A DNA stretch of 64,000 nt, from NCBI GenBank assembly GCA_965240325.2, contig OZ251231.1, positions 1,860,001-1,924,000 of the forward strand, given 5' to 3'. Shown here piece after piece: positions 43,501 through 55,000 of the stretch. A program made the position numbers and the translations under genes. Numbering within the stretch: position 1 is the stretch's first letter; every line of letters starts with the position of its first letter. The stretch is from Rebecca billardiae RCC1528. Taxonomy: Eukaryota; Protista; Haptophyta. Under the pieces are notes generated by a model. The model did not search any database. It was not told the DNA's origin and saw only the letters and a list, made by a program, of their open reading frames with translations.

Positions 43501-46500
43501 CAGTTACATGGTTACACAGGTTACAGGGTTACACCGGCCGTTACAGCTCGCAACCGGCCGTCACGGTCCCTCCCACCTGCCAGCTCTTGCCTCAGACAGA
43601 CAGACACTCTGCCCTCCGATGTAACCAGTTACCTGGTTACACAGGTTACAGGGTTACACCGGCCGTTACAGCTCGCGACCGGCCGTTACGGTCCCCACTA
43701 CCTGCCATTGCTCCTGCCTCCAGAGTCCCTGGCCTCCGATGTAACCAGTTACCTGGTTACACAGGTTACAAGGTTACACCGGCCGTTACAGCTCGCGATC
43801 GGCCGTTACGGTCTCCACTACCTGCCATTGCTCCTGCCTCCAGAGTCCCTGGCCTCCGATGTAACCAGTTACCTGGTTACACAGGTTACAAGGTTACACC
43901 GGCCGTTACAGCTCGCAACCGGCCGTTACGGCCCCTCCCACCTGCCAGCTCTTGCCTCAGACAGACAGACACTCTGCCCTCCGATGTAACCAGTTACCTG
44001 GTTACACAGGTTACAAGGTTACACCGGCCGTTACAGCTCGCGACCGGCCGTTACGGTCCCCACTACCTGCCATTGCTCCTGCCTCCAGAGTCCCTGGCCT
44101 CCGATGTAACCAGTTACCTGGTTACACAGGTTACAAGGTTACACCGGCCGTTACAGCTCGCGACCGGCCGTTACGGTCCCCACTACCTGCCATTGCTCCT
44201 GCCTCCAGAGTCCCTGGCCTCCGATGTAACCAGTTACCTGGTTACACAGGTTACAAGGTTACACCGGCCGTTACAGCTCGCGACCGGCCGTTACGGTCCC
44301 CACTACCTGCCATTGCTCCTGCCTCCAGAGTCCCTGGCCTCCGATGTAACCAGTTACCTGGTTACACAGGTTACAAGGTTACACCGGCCGTTACAGCTCG
44401 CGACCGGCCGTTACGGTCCCCGCCTGCCAGCTCCTGCCCCAGACACCCTGGCCTCCGATGTAACCAGTTACCTGGTTACACAGGTTACAAGGTTACATCG
44501 GCCGTTACAGCTCGCGATCGGCCGTTACGGTCTCCACTACCTGCCATTGCTCCTGGCCCAGCCAGTCCCTGGCCTCCGATGTAACCAGTTACCTCGTTAC
44601 ACAGGTTACAAGGTTACACGGGCCGTTACAGCTCGCGACCGGCCGTTACGGTCGGCCCACCTGCCAGCTCCTGCCTCAGACACTCTGGCCTCCGATGTAA
44701 CCAGTTACCTGGTTACACAGGTTACAAGGTTACACCGGCCGTTACAGCTCGCGATCGGCCGTTACGGTCTCCACTACCTGCCATTGCTCCTGCCTCCAGA
44801 GTCCCTGGCCTCCGATGTAACCAGTTACCTGGTTACACAGGTTACAAGGTTACACCGGCCGTTTTAGCTCGCAACCGGCCGTTACGGTCCCTCCCACCTG
44901 CCAGCTCTTGCCTCAGACAGACAGACACTCTGCCCTCCGATGTAACCAGTTACCTGGTTACACAGGTTACAGGGTTACACCGGCCGTTACAGCTCGCGAC
45001 CGGCCGTTACGGTCCCCACTACCTGCCATTGCTCCTGCCTCCAGAGTCCCTGGCCTCCGATGTAACCAGTTACCTGGTTACACAGGTTACAAGGTTACAT
45101 CGGCCGTTACAGCTCGCGACCGGCCGTTACGGTCCCCACTACCTGCCATTGCTCCTGCCTCCAGAGTCCCTGGCCTTCGATGTAACCAGTTACCTGGTTA
45201 CACAGGTTACAGGGTTACACCGGCCGTTACAGCTCGCGACCGGCCGTTACGGTCCCCACTACCTGCCATTGCTCCTGCCTCCAGAGTCCCTGGCCTTCGA
45301 TGTAACCAGTTACCTGGTTACACAGGTTACAAGGTTACACCGGCCGTTACAGCTCGCGACCGGCCGTTACGGTCCCCACTACCTGCCATTGCTCCTGCCT
45401 CCAGAGTCCCTGGCCTCCGATGTAACCAGTTACCTGGTTACACAGGTTACAAGGTTACACCGGCCGTTACAGCTCGCGACCGGCCGTTACGGTCCCCACT
45501 ACCTGCCATTGCTCCTGCCTCCAGAGTCCCTGGCCTTCGATGTAACCAGTTACCTGGTTACACAGGTTACAAGGTTACACCGGCCGTTACAGCTCGCGAC
45601 CGGCCGTTACGGTCCCCACTACCTGCCATTGCTCCTGCCTCCAGAGTCCCTGGCCTCCGATGTAACCAGTTACCTGGTTACACAGGTTACAAGGTTACAC
45701 CGGCCGTTACAGCTCGCAACCGGCCGTTACGGTCTCCACCTGCCAGCTCCTGCCTCCAGAGTCCCTGGCCTCCGATGTAACCAGTTACCTGGTTACACAG
45801 GTTACAAGGTTACACCGGCCGTTACAGCTCGCGACCGGCCGTTACGGTCCCCACTACCTGCCATTGCTCCTGCCTCCAGAGTCCCTGGCCTTCGATGTAA
45901 CCAGTTACCTGGTTACACAGGTTACACGGTTACACCGGCCGTTACAGCTCGCGACCGGCCGTTACGGTCCCCACTACCTGCCATTGCTCCTGCCTCCAGA
46001 GTCCCTGGCCTCCGATGTAACCAGTTACCTGGTTACACAGGTTACAAGGTTACACCGGCCGTTACAGCTCGCGACCGGCCGTTACGGTCTCCACTACCTG
46101 CCATTGCTCCTGCCTCCAGAGTCCCTGGCCTTCGATGTAACCAGTTACCTGGTTACACAGGTTACAAGGTTACACCGGCCGTTACAGCTCGCGACCGGCC
46201 GTTACGGTCCCCACTACCTGCCATTGCTCCTGCCTCCAGAGTCCCTGGCCTTCGATGTAACCAGTTACCTGGTTACACAGGTTACAAGGTTACACCGGCC
46301 GTTACAGCTCGCGACCGGCCGTTACGGTCCCCACTACCTGCCATTGCTCCTGCCTCCAGAGTCCCTGGCGTCCGATGTAATCAGTTACCCGTGGTTACAC
46401 AGGTTACAGGGTTACACCGGCCGTCACAGCTCGCGACCGGCCGTTACGGTCCCCACCTGCCAGCTCCTGCCCCCAGACAGAGTCCCTGGCCTCCGATGTA

Positions 46501-46646
46501 ACCAGTTACCTGGTTACACAGGTTACAAGGTTACACCGGCCGTTACAGCTCGCAACCGGCCGTTACGGTCTCCACCTGCCAGCTCCTCCAGAGTCCCTGG
46601 CCTCCGATGTAACCAGTTACCTGGTTACACAGGTTACAAGGTTACA
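40526..46646. repeat. 120-bp GTTAC-rich satellite, ~51 monomers, with a 2286-bp higher-order repeat
   Basis: Monomer ccgatgtaaccagttacctggttacacaggttacaaggttacaccggccgttacagctcgcgaccggccgttacggtccccactacctgccattgctcctgcctccagagtccctggcct. Variant monomers recur at +2286. Confidence 0.97.
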
Positions 46647-48473
46647 GCCCGCGCCCCCAGGTGCGGATGGCGTGCTCCGCAGGCGGGGCGAGCGCGAGCG
46701 CACGGGGCACGGCGCTGCGGGCGCGGGTGTGCCCGCGGAGCCGGCGCATGCGGACGGGCTGTTGCGGGAGAGCATCTGACGCCCTCCTCCGCCGCTCGAC
46801 CTGCGCCACGCCTCTTTCGCCTCGGCTCGGGGCAGCGCGCACGCGCGCGCCGCCTCAAGGCCGGCATCGCCACAACCGACCGCGGGCGCGCGCACCGAGC
46901 ACGCGCGCAGTGCTGCTGCTCGAGCCGCCGGGCTCGCTGGCCCTGGCGCGCGGCGTGGTGGTGGGCGATCCGCTCCGCGGCGCGCGCGTCCGCGCCGCGC
47001 ACGTCGCGTCCGCTGCAGCGCTCGCCCGCTGGTGGTGGAGGGACAGCCGCTGGCCGGCCGGGCGCGCCACGCGCACCTCGGGCGTGCGCACGTGCGCGGC
47101 CGGCTCGGCGTGGCGCTGGACGCGGCCGGGGTCGCGTGGCTGCGCCGGGAGCTGCGGCGGCTATGCGCGCGCGCGCCGCGCCGAACGGCACCGCCGCCGC
47201 GGGCGCGCACGCCGGCGCCGAGGGGAGCGCGGCCCAGCGAGCGGCGGCGGCGGTGGCGGCGGGCGCAGCAGGCAGGGGCGGCGGCTGAGGCCGAGGCTGG
47301 GCTGACAGGCCTGCTGCGCGCTGCGCCCGCGCACGGCCTTTGCCTCGTGCGCCCGCGCGCGCCCGACGGCGGCGGCGGCGCCGACCCGCGCACCGAGCCG
47401 GCCCGAACGTGATGGTGGTTGCGACTTGCGCCTTGCGGGCGTGGCTCGTGGCTCACAGTGGCGATGCCCGCCCGGGCTGCCAGACATGATATACCGAGCC
47501 GAGCGGCCGCCGGGTGGCTCTGCCGGGCCGTGTGCGGGTGTCAGTCGTAGATCCGCTTCCGGGCAGACGGCACAAGTCCGGTCAGTCGTGGCGCGTGTTT
47601 GTGAATATTATTAGTCGTAGTGCACAGTGGCGTCAGATGCCGCAGTCTCAGTATGCGCACTTTAGTAGTTGGCACCGCGCGGCGGCCATGGGCATGGCCC
47701 CGACTCTCCGCTCCGGCGGACTGACCTCAGGCTCGGAGGATCGGCGAGCCCGCCGGCACCCAGCATCTCGCTACTTTCCAGACGTCGACCCCGCGCCACG
47801 GTGTAGTGGCGGGTTGCGCTGCGTACGCCGTACGGACAGCTGGCCGGTGCGGGTCTGCGGCCTGCGCGGCCGCGCGTGCCGCTTAGTTGGCAGTGGTGGG
47901 CTACGCGGCGCGCGGTTAGAGAGAATGAGGGGGCGCACGAGCGCGCGCGGGCGTGGGGCGCGGTGAAGATGTGCACCCAGCGTGCTTCACTGCGGAGGGC
48001 GCGTCTATGACCGCCCACAGTGGCGCTGCGGCGGGTCTCGCACTACGACAGCGGCACACAAGGGTACCGCTGCCATCAGCCGAGTGCGCCGAGCGGCGAG
48101 CGGGCCGCTGATCCACCTGGCGCGATCGAATGCGAGCGTAGTGCCGGTATGTACGCTGCACCGCGTGCACTGCTCGTTTCATACCCGATGACGTCCTGAC
48201 GTAAAGACGATTGGTGGTGAGTATGCTGGCTGTGTGCGCGAGCATGGCCACAACGTCGTGCCAGTTGCGGGGCCCTCTACCTTGAATAGTCCTTGAGTTG
48301 CGGTGCCGCGGTCATGGGTCGCGAGCAGAGTGTCGAAGGCGTGACTGTGTCGAGAGATCGGTGCGTGTGTTCGCCACCGGTTGCGTGACCGTCGGTCTTC
48401 GTCCGCAAACTCGCGTGCTTTCGCCGTCGTGCGCCATACTGTACGAGGTCGTCGCCCTTCCGCCCCCGCCTTC

Positions 48474-48803
48474 CGACGTGTTGTAACCTTGTAACCCTGT
48501 AACCGGTTACATGGCGAGCCGCCTCTCTTTCAGCGCGTTGACGCTGCTGTTTTTTTAATTAATTTTAATCATATGAAAAGCAAGCGCCGCATTATTCTAA
48601 AACAATAATGTGGCAGATGTTTTATTTATTGAAAGTCGACGTGTTGTAACCTTGTAACCCTGTAACCGGTTACATGGCGAGCCGCCTCTCTTTCAGCGCG
48701 TTGACGGCTGCTGTTTGTTTAGTTTAATCATGAAAAGCAAGAGCCGCATTATTGAAAACAATACGACTGTAGCAGACGTGTTATTTATTAATTGTTGAAA
48801 GTG
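48474..48803. repeat. Diverged tandem duplication (~163 bp) containing the inverted satellite core
   Basis: cgacgtgttgtaaccttgtaaccctgtaaccggttacatggcgagccgcctctctttcagcgcgttgac at ~48474 and ~48637. Confidence 0.85.
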
Positions 48804-49803
48804 ATTATGCTGCTATCCAAGCTACTGCGCAGCAGAAAAGTAATCTAGCAGACGGTTTATTTATTTTAATTCGTGGGATATTGAATCATAACGTATGATA
48901 CAATTAGACGCGAGGATTATTATTTATTATAATACTGTTTTCAGAATGAACGGATGTCGTCCTATTTTTCTTATTGGCCATTTCAATTCTTATTGGCCAT
49001 GTCAAGTGCGGGCTAGTTAGTTAAATGGCTGTAACCCGTCGTAACCTGGTTGAATTTTCCGTTGGTTACCAACGTCTTTGTTTGTTGAGCGTTTCCGGGA
49101 AAATGTCCCGAGTCTTACCCTTTCTGATAATAGTAGTTATTGGAATTGTAGTTATGCGATCGTAAAAGTAATTTGTTTCGGTAGAATATTTATTCGACTG
49201 TAGTGGCTGTAACCTTCCCATTTTTGTGAGGTTACACTCGAGTTTCGAATTCATGTGAATTTTCGTTCTCAATAGGAGAAGCGCGCGTGTCTACTGCCAT
49301 TCTCCGGTATGTGTACTTATGGGTGGGATACTTAGAGGGATAGCTATAGTTGACCATTGACTCCTCAAGCACCACTAATGCCAGCAGATCATTGCAACCA
49401 GCTACCCCAGGGGCGGACTGGCGTCAGAGGGCCTGTCCGGGCGGACCCACTCATCCACCGGGAAGCTGAAAGCTCTGGTCGGGGACTTTGGATGCCCGAG
49501 ACTCAATGCCAGACAATGCCAGACGACTCACGAGTCACGACAACGGTGGCATGATCTGATCGCTCAGGAGCCCACGGCGATGGGCTCAAGCTGCGGACGG
49601 GCTCGGAGGTGGAAGCGCGCTGCTGCGAGAAGCGACACCCGCTCGGCCTCCATGCTCGAGCGAGGGAGAAGCCCACCCCTCAGGTCGAGCGCTCCCGGCG
49701 CGTCGAGCGGCGGCCGACTTGACATGCGCGCACATTCGAGACAGAGGCAAACAAACAATCGCGAGGTTGGGCGTGCGGCGTGCGGGGCGGAGCGGCTCGG
49801 GTG

Positions 49804-50268
49804 TCACTGCTCCGCCTGCTTCCCCGACTGCGTGGCCTTCCTCTTCTCCTGAAGGTCCTTGATCGCCGCCTTCACCGCGTCCTCTGCGAGCATGCTGCAG
49901 TGCATCTTGACAGGCGGCAGCTTGAGCTGGCTCGAGATGTCCGTGTTCTTGATGTCGCCGCACTCGTCCAGGGACTTCCCGCGCACCCACTCGGTGGCGT
50001 ACGAGCTGCTGGCGATCGCGGAGCCGCAGCCGAACGTCTTGAACACTGCCTCCTCCACGGTCCCGTCATCCTTCACCCGGATCTGCAGCTTCATGACGTC
50101 GCCGCACGCCGGCGCGCCGACGATGCCCGTGCCCACGTTCGGGTCGTCTTTGTCCATCGCGCCGACGTTGCGAGGGTTTTCGTAGTGCTCGATCACATTC
50201 TTGTGATAAGCGCGCGCCAGCAGCGGCGCACGGCCCGCCGTGAGCACCGAGCGTCGGATGGCGAGCAT
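49804..50268 (-). CDS. ISCU: Mitochondrial Fe-S cluster scaffold IscU/ISU
   Basis: Arg-rich presequence MLAIRRS..., YHKNVIEHYENPRNVG, GAPACGDVMKLQI, FKTFGCGSAIASSS, LPPVKMHCSMLAEDA. Confidence 0.97.
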   Translation of the reverse strand: MLAIRRSVLTAGRAPLLARAYHKNVIEHYENPRNVGAMDKDDPNVGTGIVGAPACGDVMKLQIRVKDDGTVEEAVFKTFGCGSAIASSSYATEWVRGKSLDECGDIKNTDISSQLKLPPVKMHCSMLAEDAVKAAIKDLQEKRKATQSGKQAEQ

Positions 50269-50497
50269 TCTGGGGGAGCGCTCACGCCTCGCACGCGTCT
50301 GCCTCCAGCCCTGTCCGCCCGCCCTCTCAGCGCCTTTTGCTGTGCGTCTGGAGATATGAATGCGGGTATTGAACCGCCCGACCAATCAGGAAGCTCCAAG
50401 CGGATACCCAACCGGCCACCATTGAACGGAGTCCGGTAGTTTACACCGGCCCGCATCGAGCCGGGGCGTACCTTGGCCGGCCTCGCCGACGACGAGC

Positions 50498-51705
50498 ATG
50501 GCACCGAAGCGTGCGCGCGCGGGTGACACGGCAGGCTCGGACGTGGCGCCATTCGGCAAGCACGGGAGCGAGGCGGTGCGCCTGATCACGCTGCGCCTCG
50601 GCCGGATGACCGTGAAGGTCTCAACGTTTGGCGCCACAATCACGTCGCTTGCGGTGCCGAGCGCGCTCGGCGAGCCGACAGAGACGGTGCTCGGATTCGC
50701 CGAGCACAAGCCGTACGAGAGCTGCCCCTACTTTGGCTGCACGGTCGGGCGCTTCGCCAACCGCATCGCCAAAGGTAGCTTCACCCTCGAAGGCAAGCCC
50801 ATCCAGCTGCCGGCGTGCAACGATCGCGGCAACCACCTGCACGGCGGCGCGCGCGGCTGGGACAAGCGCGTATGGGAGCTGGTCGAGGCGAGCGCGACCG
50901 CGTGCACCCTCAAGCTGCGCAGCGAGGACGGGGACGAGGGGTACCCCGGCAACGTCGACGCCACCGTCAGCTTCACCCTCGAGTGGCCCTCGCAGATCGC
51001 CATCGAGTACGACCTCACGACGGACGCGCCCACGGTGGTCAACCCGACCAACCACTCCTACTTCAACCTGTCGGACGGCGGCGCCACGGACGTGCTCGAC
51101 CACGACTTGATGGTGTTTGCGGACAAGTACCTCCCAACCGATGCCACGTGCATCCCGACGGGCGAGCTCAAGCCCGTGAGCGGCCCGATGGACCTGCGGC
51201 GCCCAACGCCCATCTTCCGCGGCATCCACGCGGCTGACGGGGGCAACGGCTATGACCACAACTACGTGCTCGCGGCGGAGGCCGGTGCGCACGAGGACGG
51301 GCGCAGGCTGCGTCGAGCCGCGTGGGTGCGCTCGCCCAAGACGGGGATCGAGCTGCTGGTGCTCACCACCGAGCCCGGTGCGCAGCGCCGCGCCGCGTGC
51401 GCGCTGGCATGCGCGCCTGCGCTCACGGCCTCGCGGACGCCCTGCCCGCCCTGCTGACCGCCGCCGCCGTGGCTCGCGTCACAGGCATCCAAGTGTGCGC
51501 CAGCAACCACCTCGACGGCACGTGCACTGGCCACGCCGGCCGCGTGTACGGGCCGAACGCCGGCCTCTGCCTCGAGACACAGCACTACCCGGACTCGGTG
51601 AACCACGCGCACTTCCCCTCGACTGTGCTCAAGCCCGGGCACGTCTTCAGCTCGCGCACCGTGTACGCCTTCTCGGCGAGCGCGAGCTCGACCGAGCACG
51701 CGTAG
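50498..51705 (+). CDS. GALM: Aldose 1-epimerase (galactose mutarotase); intron 51378-51484
   Basis: GRFANRI, NHLHGG, GYPGN, NPTNHSYFNL, GYDHNY, spliced TTEPG|IQV, CLETQHYPD. Confidence 0.93.
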
Positions 51706-52020
51706 CAAGCTGGTATTGAGCGGCGGCGGCGCGAGCGGTGCGAAGTGCCCGTCCAGCGCGACCTGGCAGCCTCCAGAAGTCGAACGCAAACGCGGCGCCA
51801 CTCACGGCCCACGGCCCACTGCCAGCCAACTCGGGGCCAGGGCGCATGCGCCCGCGGCTGGCAGCGCCGGAGCGACTGCGAGTGCGAGACGAGAGAGCGG
51901 GCAGACAGCTAGCAGCGGCGCGGATCGAATTATTCGTCCGGCCGGCTGCGCCGTGCCCGTGATGATCGAGAGTAGTGATGTCATCTATATAGTCTACACT
52001 CAGTGATGGCCCGCGGTGCA

Positions 52021-55000
52021 TAGCGGGGTCAGAGCGATTTTTTGGCTAAAATAAAATCGAAAATGTTGCCGTTCCTCGCCCCATTTTCATTTTGCGCCTC
52101 GGCCGGCGCGCGGCGACCGGAAAATCCCGAGCGCGTCGGCCGGCGCACCTTCGGACGGCTCAGGGGGCTTGATGGCCTCTGGACGGTCAGGCCCGACGCC
52201 GCGCTCACGCGGCCGCGCGCGCCGCAGCGGCCGATGGCGCCAGAGCGGGGCGGTCTGGGGGAAGGCCATGGCCCTACCGGACTCCCCAACCGCCAACGGC
52301 TCTTTGCCACAGTTCAAATTTGAACGCGCGCGCGCACATCTTCAAGAGCTGCTGAGATGGTGGCGATGCAGGTTGATGAGGGAGCTCCCAGTTCAGGTGA
52401 CGCGCGCGCGATGCGGATGCGTTCATGTGCGTTCAGGGTGCTCATCGGTGAGGTTGACCCAGCCCTCGTCTCTCTCCTCCGTGCGCTCACTCCCCACCGC
52501 CCCGCGCGCGCTCGCGCGCTCGTGCGTCCGTGTCGCCGTTCGGCGCGCAGGCGCGAGCACGAACGTGTCGGCGTCTGTGCGGGTCCTCGCTGACCCGGAG
52601 GCGGTGCGGTTGCTGCTCATCGACGCAGATGCGCGCCGCCAGCCCACCAACTTCCCCGAGATCGAATCCCTCGAGCTCCCGCGCGACACGGTGCAGCAGA
52701 TCAACACGATCTTGTCGGAGGGCGAGCTCGGCAAGTTCTTTATCTCGAAGGCCGAGGGTAAGGAGCTGACGCAGCTCGGCAAGGACAACATCTGCAACAA
52801 GAAGGTGGCGTTCGGCTTCCTCATGGCGCGCGCGCTCGGCATCAAGCTCGAGCTGCCGATCGCCGGCGCGCGCGAGCACTGGTCGACAAACTGGCAGGAG
52901 ATTCTCGAGGCAGCCGGCAACCGCGTGACGAGCAAGCTCGGGCACTGGAAGCAGAAGGCGAAGTCGAAGCGCCAGAAGACCGGCTCGAAGACGCAGGCGA
53001 CTTCGTGCTCCGCGGACGAGACGCTCACCGTGCTCAGGTCCTGGTTCGACCCGGCCGCGCCGGCCGCGCGCGCGTCCACGAAGGGCAACAACTTCTCCTG
53101 CGAGCAGCCGCAGCAGGCCGAGATCCTCGCGCTGCAGCAGAATCTCGTCGAGGCGCAGCAGGCGCAAAAGATGACCGCGTCCAAGCTCGACGCCGCCGAG
53201 ACGAAGGCCGCCGAGCAGGAGAAGGCGCGGCGCGCGGCGAACTCGCGCTTCGGCACGGCGGTGCAGGAGAAGATGGCGGCCGAGCAGGCGGCGGCTGCTG
53301 CGGAGGCCGGCGAGCAGAAGGCGAAGGCGGAGCAGGAGGAGGCGCGCGCGCAGGCGGCGGCGGCCAAGCAGCTCGAGGTGGCGGCCAAGGCGAACCTCAC
53401 CGTCGTGAAGAAGGAGCTCGCCTCCAAGGAGAAGGAGGCCGCGGCGGCCGAGCGCGCGCGCGCAGCCGCTGTCGTTGCCAAGGAGAAGGTGGTGACCAAG
53501 CTCACGAAGGAGGGCGAGAAGCGCGAGGCGAAGATGACGCAGCTCGACGACAAGGTGCGCGAGCAGAAGGCCAAGCTGGACGAGTCCAAGGTGATGCTGC
53601 GCAACCTCAACACGGAGCTCCTCCGGGTGGCGCGCGCGCGCGCGTCGGAGGAGCAGGCGGCCAAGAAGGCCGCGGCCGACTTCCAGCTGCAGCTGCGCGC
53701 GGTGCGCGAGGCGCACGAGGAGGAGCTCGCGAAGGCGATGGCGGCCGAGGCGCAGGTGGAGGGCCTGGGCGCGCGGAATGCCGCGCTACAGCAGCAGCTC
53801 GACGCGCGCGCGGCCCTCCGCCACGGCGACGGGCTCCGACTCGAGCTCGAGCGGAAGACGCAGCAGCTCGCCGACGCGCGCAACGCGCTCGCCGGCGCCG
53901 AGCGGCACCTCGCGGCCGAGCAGAAGGTGGCGTCCTCGCTGCGCTCCGAGCTCAAGCTGCAGAAGACCGCTTGCAGGCAGGCCGAGGCGCAGTCGAAGGC
54001 GCTGTCGGACAAGTTGAAGGAGCTCCCGGGCGCCGAGCCCACGGACTACGTGAGCTTCGACGACCTCGACGCGCAGGCCGCGGAGGAGAAGGAGCAGCTG
54101 CTCGCGGAGTTGGCCGAGCAGCGCGCGGAGGCCGCCGCGCTCCGAGTCAAGCTGGGCAAGAGTGACGCCGAGCTTGCCAAGTACAAGGCGATCGCGGAGC
54201 CGCCCGAGTCGCGCTTCTACTCGCGCAACCAGGGGGGCTACTACACGCTGCCGCTGCAGCTGCTGTGCCTCGTCCTGATCACGTACGGCGTGAGCACGGC
54301 CAATGTCTCAAACGTGATCACGAACGTCGCTCTCTTCCTCAAGGTGCAGCTGCCCACCTACACGCAGCGCACGGAGAGCGGCATGTCGAGCGTGCAGCGC
54401 GTTCGGCTGCCGTGCGAGAGCACTGTCAAGGAGATCACGCACAAAGCGTGCATCGTGGACGACCTCTCGCACGCGATCAAGGAGGAGAAGCGCATCCTGA
54501 GCGCCTACGAGAAGGGCATCGACCCGACGCTCGACTCGGGCTTGAACGGCACGACCGACGGCGCGACGAGCGGCAAGGTCGACTTCCAGGCGATGACCCT
54601 GAGATACGATGGCGAGGAGAAGAGCCGCGTGGTGTGCCTCAAGCCGTGCGCGTCGGGCACCACGAAGAAGAAGGTGGAGCTCATCACCGAGTCGCTCAAT
54701 GACATCAAGGAGGTGGCCGAGGCCTGCCGCAAGTCCTGCACCGATCACTGCTTCAACGACTACACCAACGCCCAGATCGCCGCGCTCGTCAAGGTGAACG
54801 GCTTCACGACGGACAAGGGCGGGGCCGACTTTGCGCTTTCCAAATCCGAAGCCATGCAAACCGCCAAGCGCGAGGCGCTCCATCTCGTCCTCGGCCGCCG
54901 CCACCTCGCCACCGGCCGGGTGCTGATGATGCGCGTCTCGCCGGTCGCCGGCCGCACGGCTCTCGTCGAGTGGAAGGCGCTGCCGACGCTCGCCGCGACC

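Larger units (their letters stand above)
32006..49375. mobile_element. Putative 17.4-kb non-autonomous DNA element carrying satellites and a nested Copia
   Basis: Direct repeat TAATGCCAG at 31997-32005 and 49376-49384. Imperfect TIR GCGG-GCTTGAGGGG versus reverse complement GTGGTGCTTGAGGAG. AT-rich subtermini at both ends. Confidence 0.6.

Noticed and set aside
40526-46646. CRISPR array, or genes from the long ORFs in the 120-bp array
   Set aside because: There are no unique spacers and no cas genes. The 120-bp period keeps frames open, and indel variants switch frames freely.
40526-46646. Telomeric repeat (GGTTACA resembles the fission-yeast telomere core)
   Set aside because: The motif is embedded in a complex 120-bp monomer, is interstitial, and has genes on both sides.
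32006-49375. Mobilisation of the 17.4-kb element by the neighbouring 52-58 kb transposase
   Set aside because: Both have 9-bp duplications, but their terminal sequences are unrelated, so the sequence gives no support.
49804-51705. Bacterial iscU/galM contamination
   Set aside because: ISCU has a mitochondrial-type presequence and GALM has a spliceosomal intron.
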